From Myxococcota bacterium (lineage in GTDB: Bacteria; Myxococcota_A; UBA796; CAJQPC01), in NCBI GenBank assembly GCA_036229005.1, contig JAZAMN010000070.1, positions 1-64,000 on the forward strand: DNA of 64,000 nt. The letters run 5' to 3'. Below are positions 62,499 to 64,000 of the stretch, one piece after another. Below the pieces are notes generated by a model that was given only the letters and a program-made list of their open reading frames with translations, made no database searches and was not told the DNA's origin. The stretch's first letter is position 1, and every line of letters starts with the position of its first letter. A program made the translations under genes and the position numbers.

Positions 62499-62633
62499 GT
62501 CAGGGGGCTAACCCGACGGCCCGGTGGCGGGGCGGGCATCTCTTGCCCTGCCTTTACATCACCCGCGCGACATCGAATACACTCCGGCATCGATGCGTTG
62601 TGGCTCTCGTCACGACCCCCGCTTGGAGATCTC

Positions 62634-63194
62634 ATGCGCAAGCTCGCTACCGCCCTCGTCCTGGCCGCCTCTGGTGTGGCCCTCTTCGCCTCCGCGCCGG
62701 CCGTGGACGCTGCAGACAACAAGGCGGCCGACTTCACCCTCCGGGACATCCAGAACCAGGAGGTCAGCCTCAAGGACCAGGAAGGCAAGGTCACGCTGGT
62801 CTCCTTCTGGGCCACCTGGTGCGCCCCCTGCATCGCTGAGCTCCACCACGTCCAGAAGCTCTACGCCGAATACGAGGACGAGGGCTTCCAGGTGCTGGCG
62901 GTGTCCATCGACGATGCCCGCTCCGCGTCCAAGGTCAAGCCGACCGTCAAGTCCAAGGGCTGGGGCTTCCCGGTGCTGCTGGACAAGCAGACCACCGTGG
63001 TCAATCAGTACTACCCCTCCAAGGCCATCCCCTACAGCGAGCTGCTCTCGCCCACCGGCGAGAGCATCTGGAAGCACGCCAGCTACACCGCTGGAGATGA
63101 GTGCGAGCTGGCGCACAAGGTCATCGAGGCCCTGACCGCGCTCAACGGGAAGGCCCCTGAGAAGGACATGGCCGCCGAACTCTGCAACGAGTAG
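62634..63194 (+). CDS. TlpA-family periplasmic thiol-disulfide oxidoreductase
   Basis: Signal peptide, FWATWCAPC, AVSID, FPVLLD. Confidence 0.92.
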   Translation: MRKLATALVLAASGVALFASAPAVDAADNKAADFTLRDIQNQEVSLKDQEGKVTLVSFWATWCAPCIAELHHVQKLYAEYEDEGFQVLAVSIDDARSASKVKPTVKSKGWGFPVLLDKQTTVVNQYYPSKAIPYSELLSPTGESIWKHASYTAGDECELAHKVIEALTALNGKAPEKDMAAELCNE

Positions 63195-63207
63195 CCAGGG
63201 AAGCGCT

Positions 63208-64000
63208 GTGATCCTCTCGCTCTGTCTGACCTGGGTGGCCCCGGCTGCCGCCCAGGAGGCCTCGTCCAGCCCCTTGTCCCAGGTCAACGTGACGGGGAGC
63301 TTCGACAGCGAGGGGCGCTACTACTTCTCGGACCGAGTGCTCTCGGACTTCCCCGATGAGAGCGGCGTCTTCAACTACATGGAGCTCGTGAGCCGCAGCA
63401 ACCTGCTTGCCGACGCGGACGCCTACCAGCTCGGGATCCAGCTCGACCACGTGTCGATGGTCAACGCCTGGTACTACCTGGACGACGTCCGCACCTACGA
63501 GCTCGATCTGCTGGAGGCGGGCGTGATCTCCCCCTGGGAGATGACCCTGGTGAACCTCGAGAAGGCCTGGTTCACCGCCGATCTGGGGCCGGTCGAGGTG
63601 ACTGTCGGTGACTCCTACATGAGCGTGGGGCGCGGGCTGGCCCTCAACCTCATCAAGAACACCCAGATCGACGTCGACACCTCGCTGCGGGGCATCAAGG
63701 CGGAGTCCTCGCTGGGGGCCTGGGACCTCTCGGTGGTCACCGGCCTGACCAACCAGCAGCAGATCATGCAGGACAACCCCAACCGCCTGATCCGCGCCAA
63801 CCGGTCCAACCTGGTCAACGCGGTCCGGGTGGATCGCTACGGGCTCGGCCCGGTGAATGTGGGCGCGCACGGCGTGGTCTACAACTTCACCGAGGCGGTG
63901 GAGGGACCGGTTGAGGGCTTCCAGCGCTACGGGGAGCTGGGCGATCCCGATGCCCTCGTCGGTGGAGTGGGTGCCGAGGCGTTCCTGGGGCCCGTGGATC
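63208..64000 (+). CDS. Outer-membrane protein, DUF6029-like; runs off the window end
   Basis: GTG start MILSLCLTWVAPAAA, open frame to the end, EKAW...VTVGDSY.SVGRGLALN...DVDTSLRG. Confidence 0.65.
   Translation, partial: MILSLCLTWVAPAAAQEASSSPLSQVNVTGSFDSEGRYYFSDRVLSDFPDESGVFNYMELVSRSNLLADADAYQLGIQLDHVSMVNAWYYLDDVRTYELDLLEAGVISPWEMTLVNLEKAWFTADLGPVEVTVGDSYMSVGRGLALNLIKNTQIDVDTSLRGIKAESSLGAWDLSVVTGLTNQQQIMQDNPNRLIRANRSNLVNAVRVDRYGLGPVNVGAHGVVYNFTEAVEGPVEGFQRYGELGDPDALVGGVGAEAFLGPVD

Overview
Very GC-rich bacterial chromosomal segment. The gene content points to Myxococcota or a related deltaproteobacterial lineage (inference). Left to right: (1) the 3' end of an IS10-like (IS4 family) element inserted into a REP-like repeat array, then a symmetric, 31-bp-phased motif array; (2) an OmpR/CreBC-like two-component pair; (3) an atypical four-gene sigma-54 phosphorelay; (4) tRNA-Phe; (5) an SppA with a probable N-terminal beta-barrel, coupled to an NtrC-type regulator; (6) dacB and a contiguous Agl-Glt-type locus (three TPR proteins, a CglF/GltF-like protein, a TolQ/ExbB plus two ExbD motor subunits, a GltG-like protein), followed by a secreted protein and a polysaccharide-export-type beta-barrel; (7) housekeeping and envelope genes (galE, ftsK, lolA, rimO, ctpA-envC-ftsXE-murI, nadD, pgeF, acyl-CoA carboxylase beta, rpsP-khpA-rimM-trmD-rplS-yraN-rsmI); (8) several lipoproteins and a TlpA/outer-membrane pair cut by the window end. 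The most unusual signals are recurrent ultra-short signal peptides with no basic n-region, a self-contained Agl-Glt motor linked to an export barrel, a natural GDDG loop in KhpA, and an IS target site that is duplicated in a sister repeat. All family calls are by motif recognition; no database searches were run.
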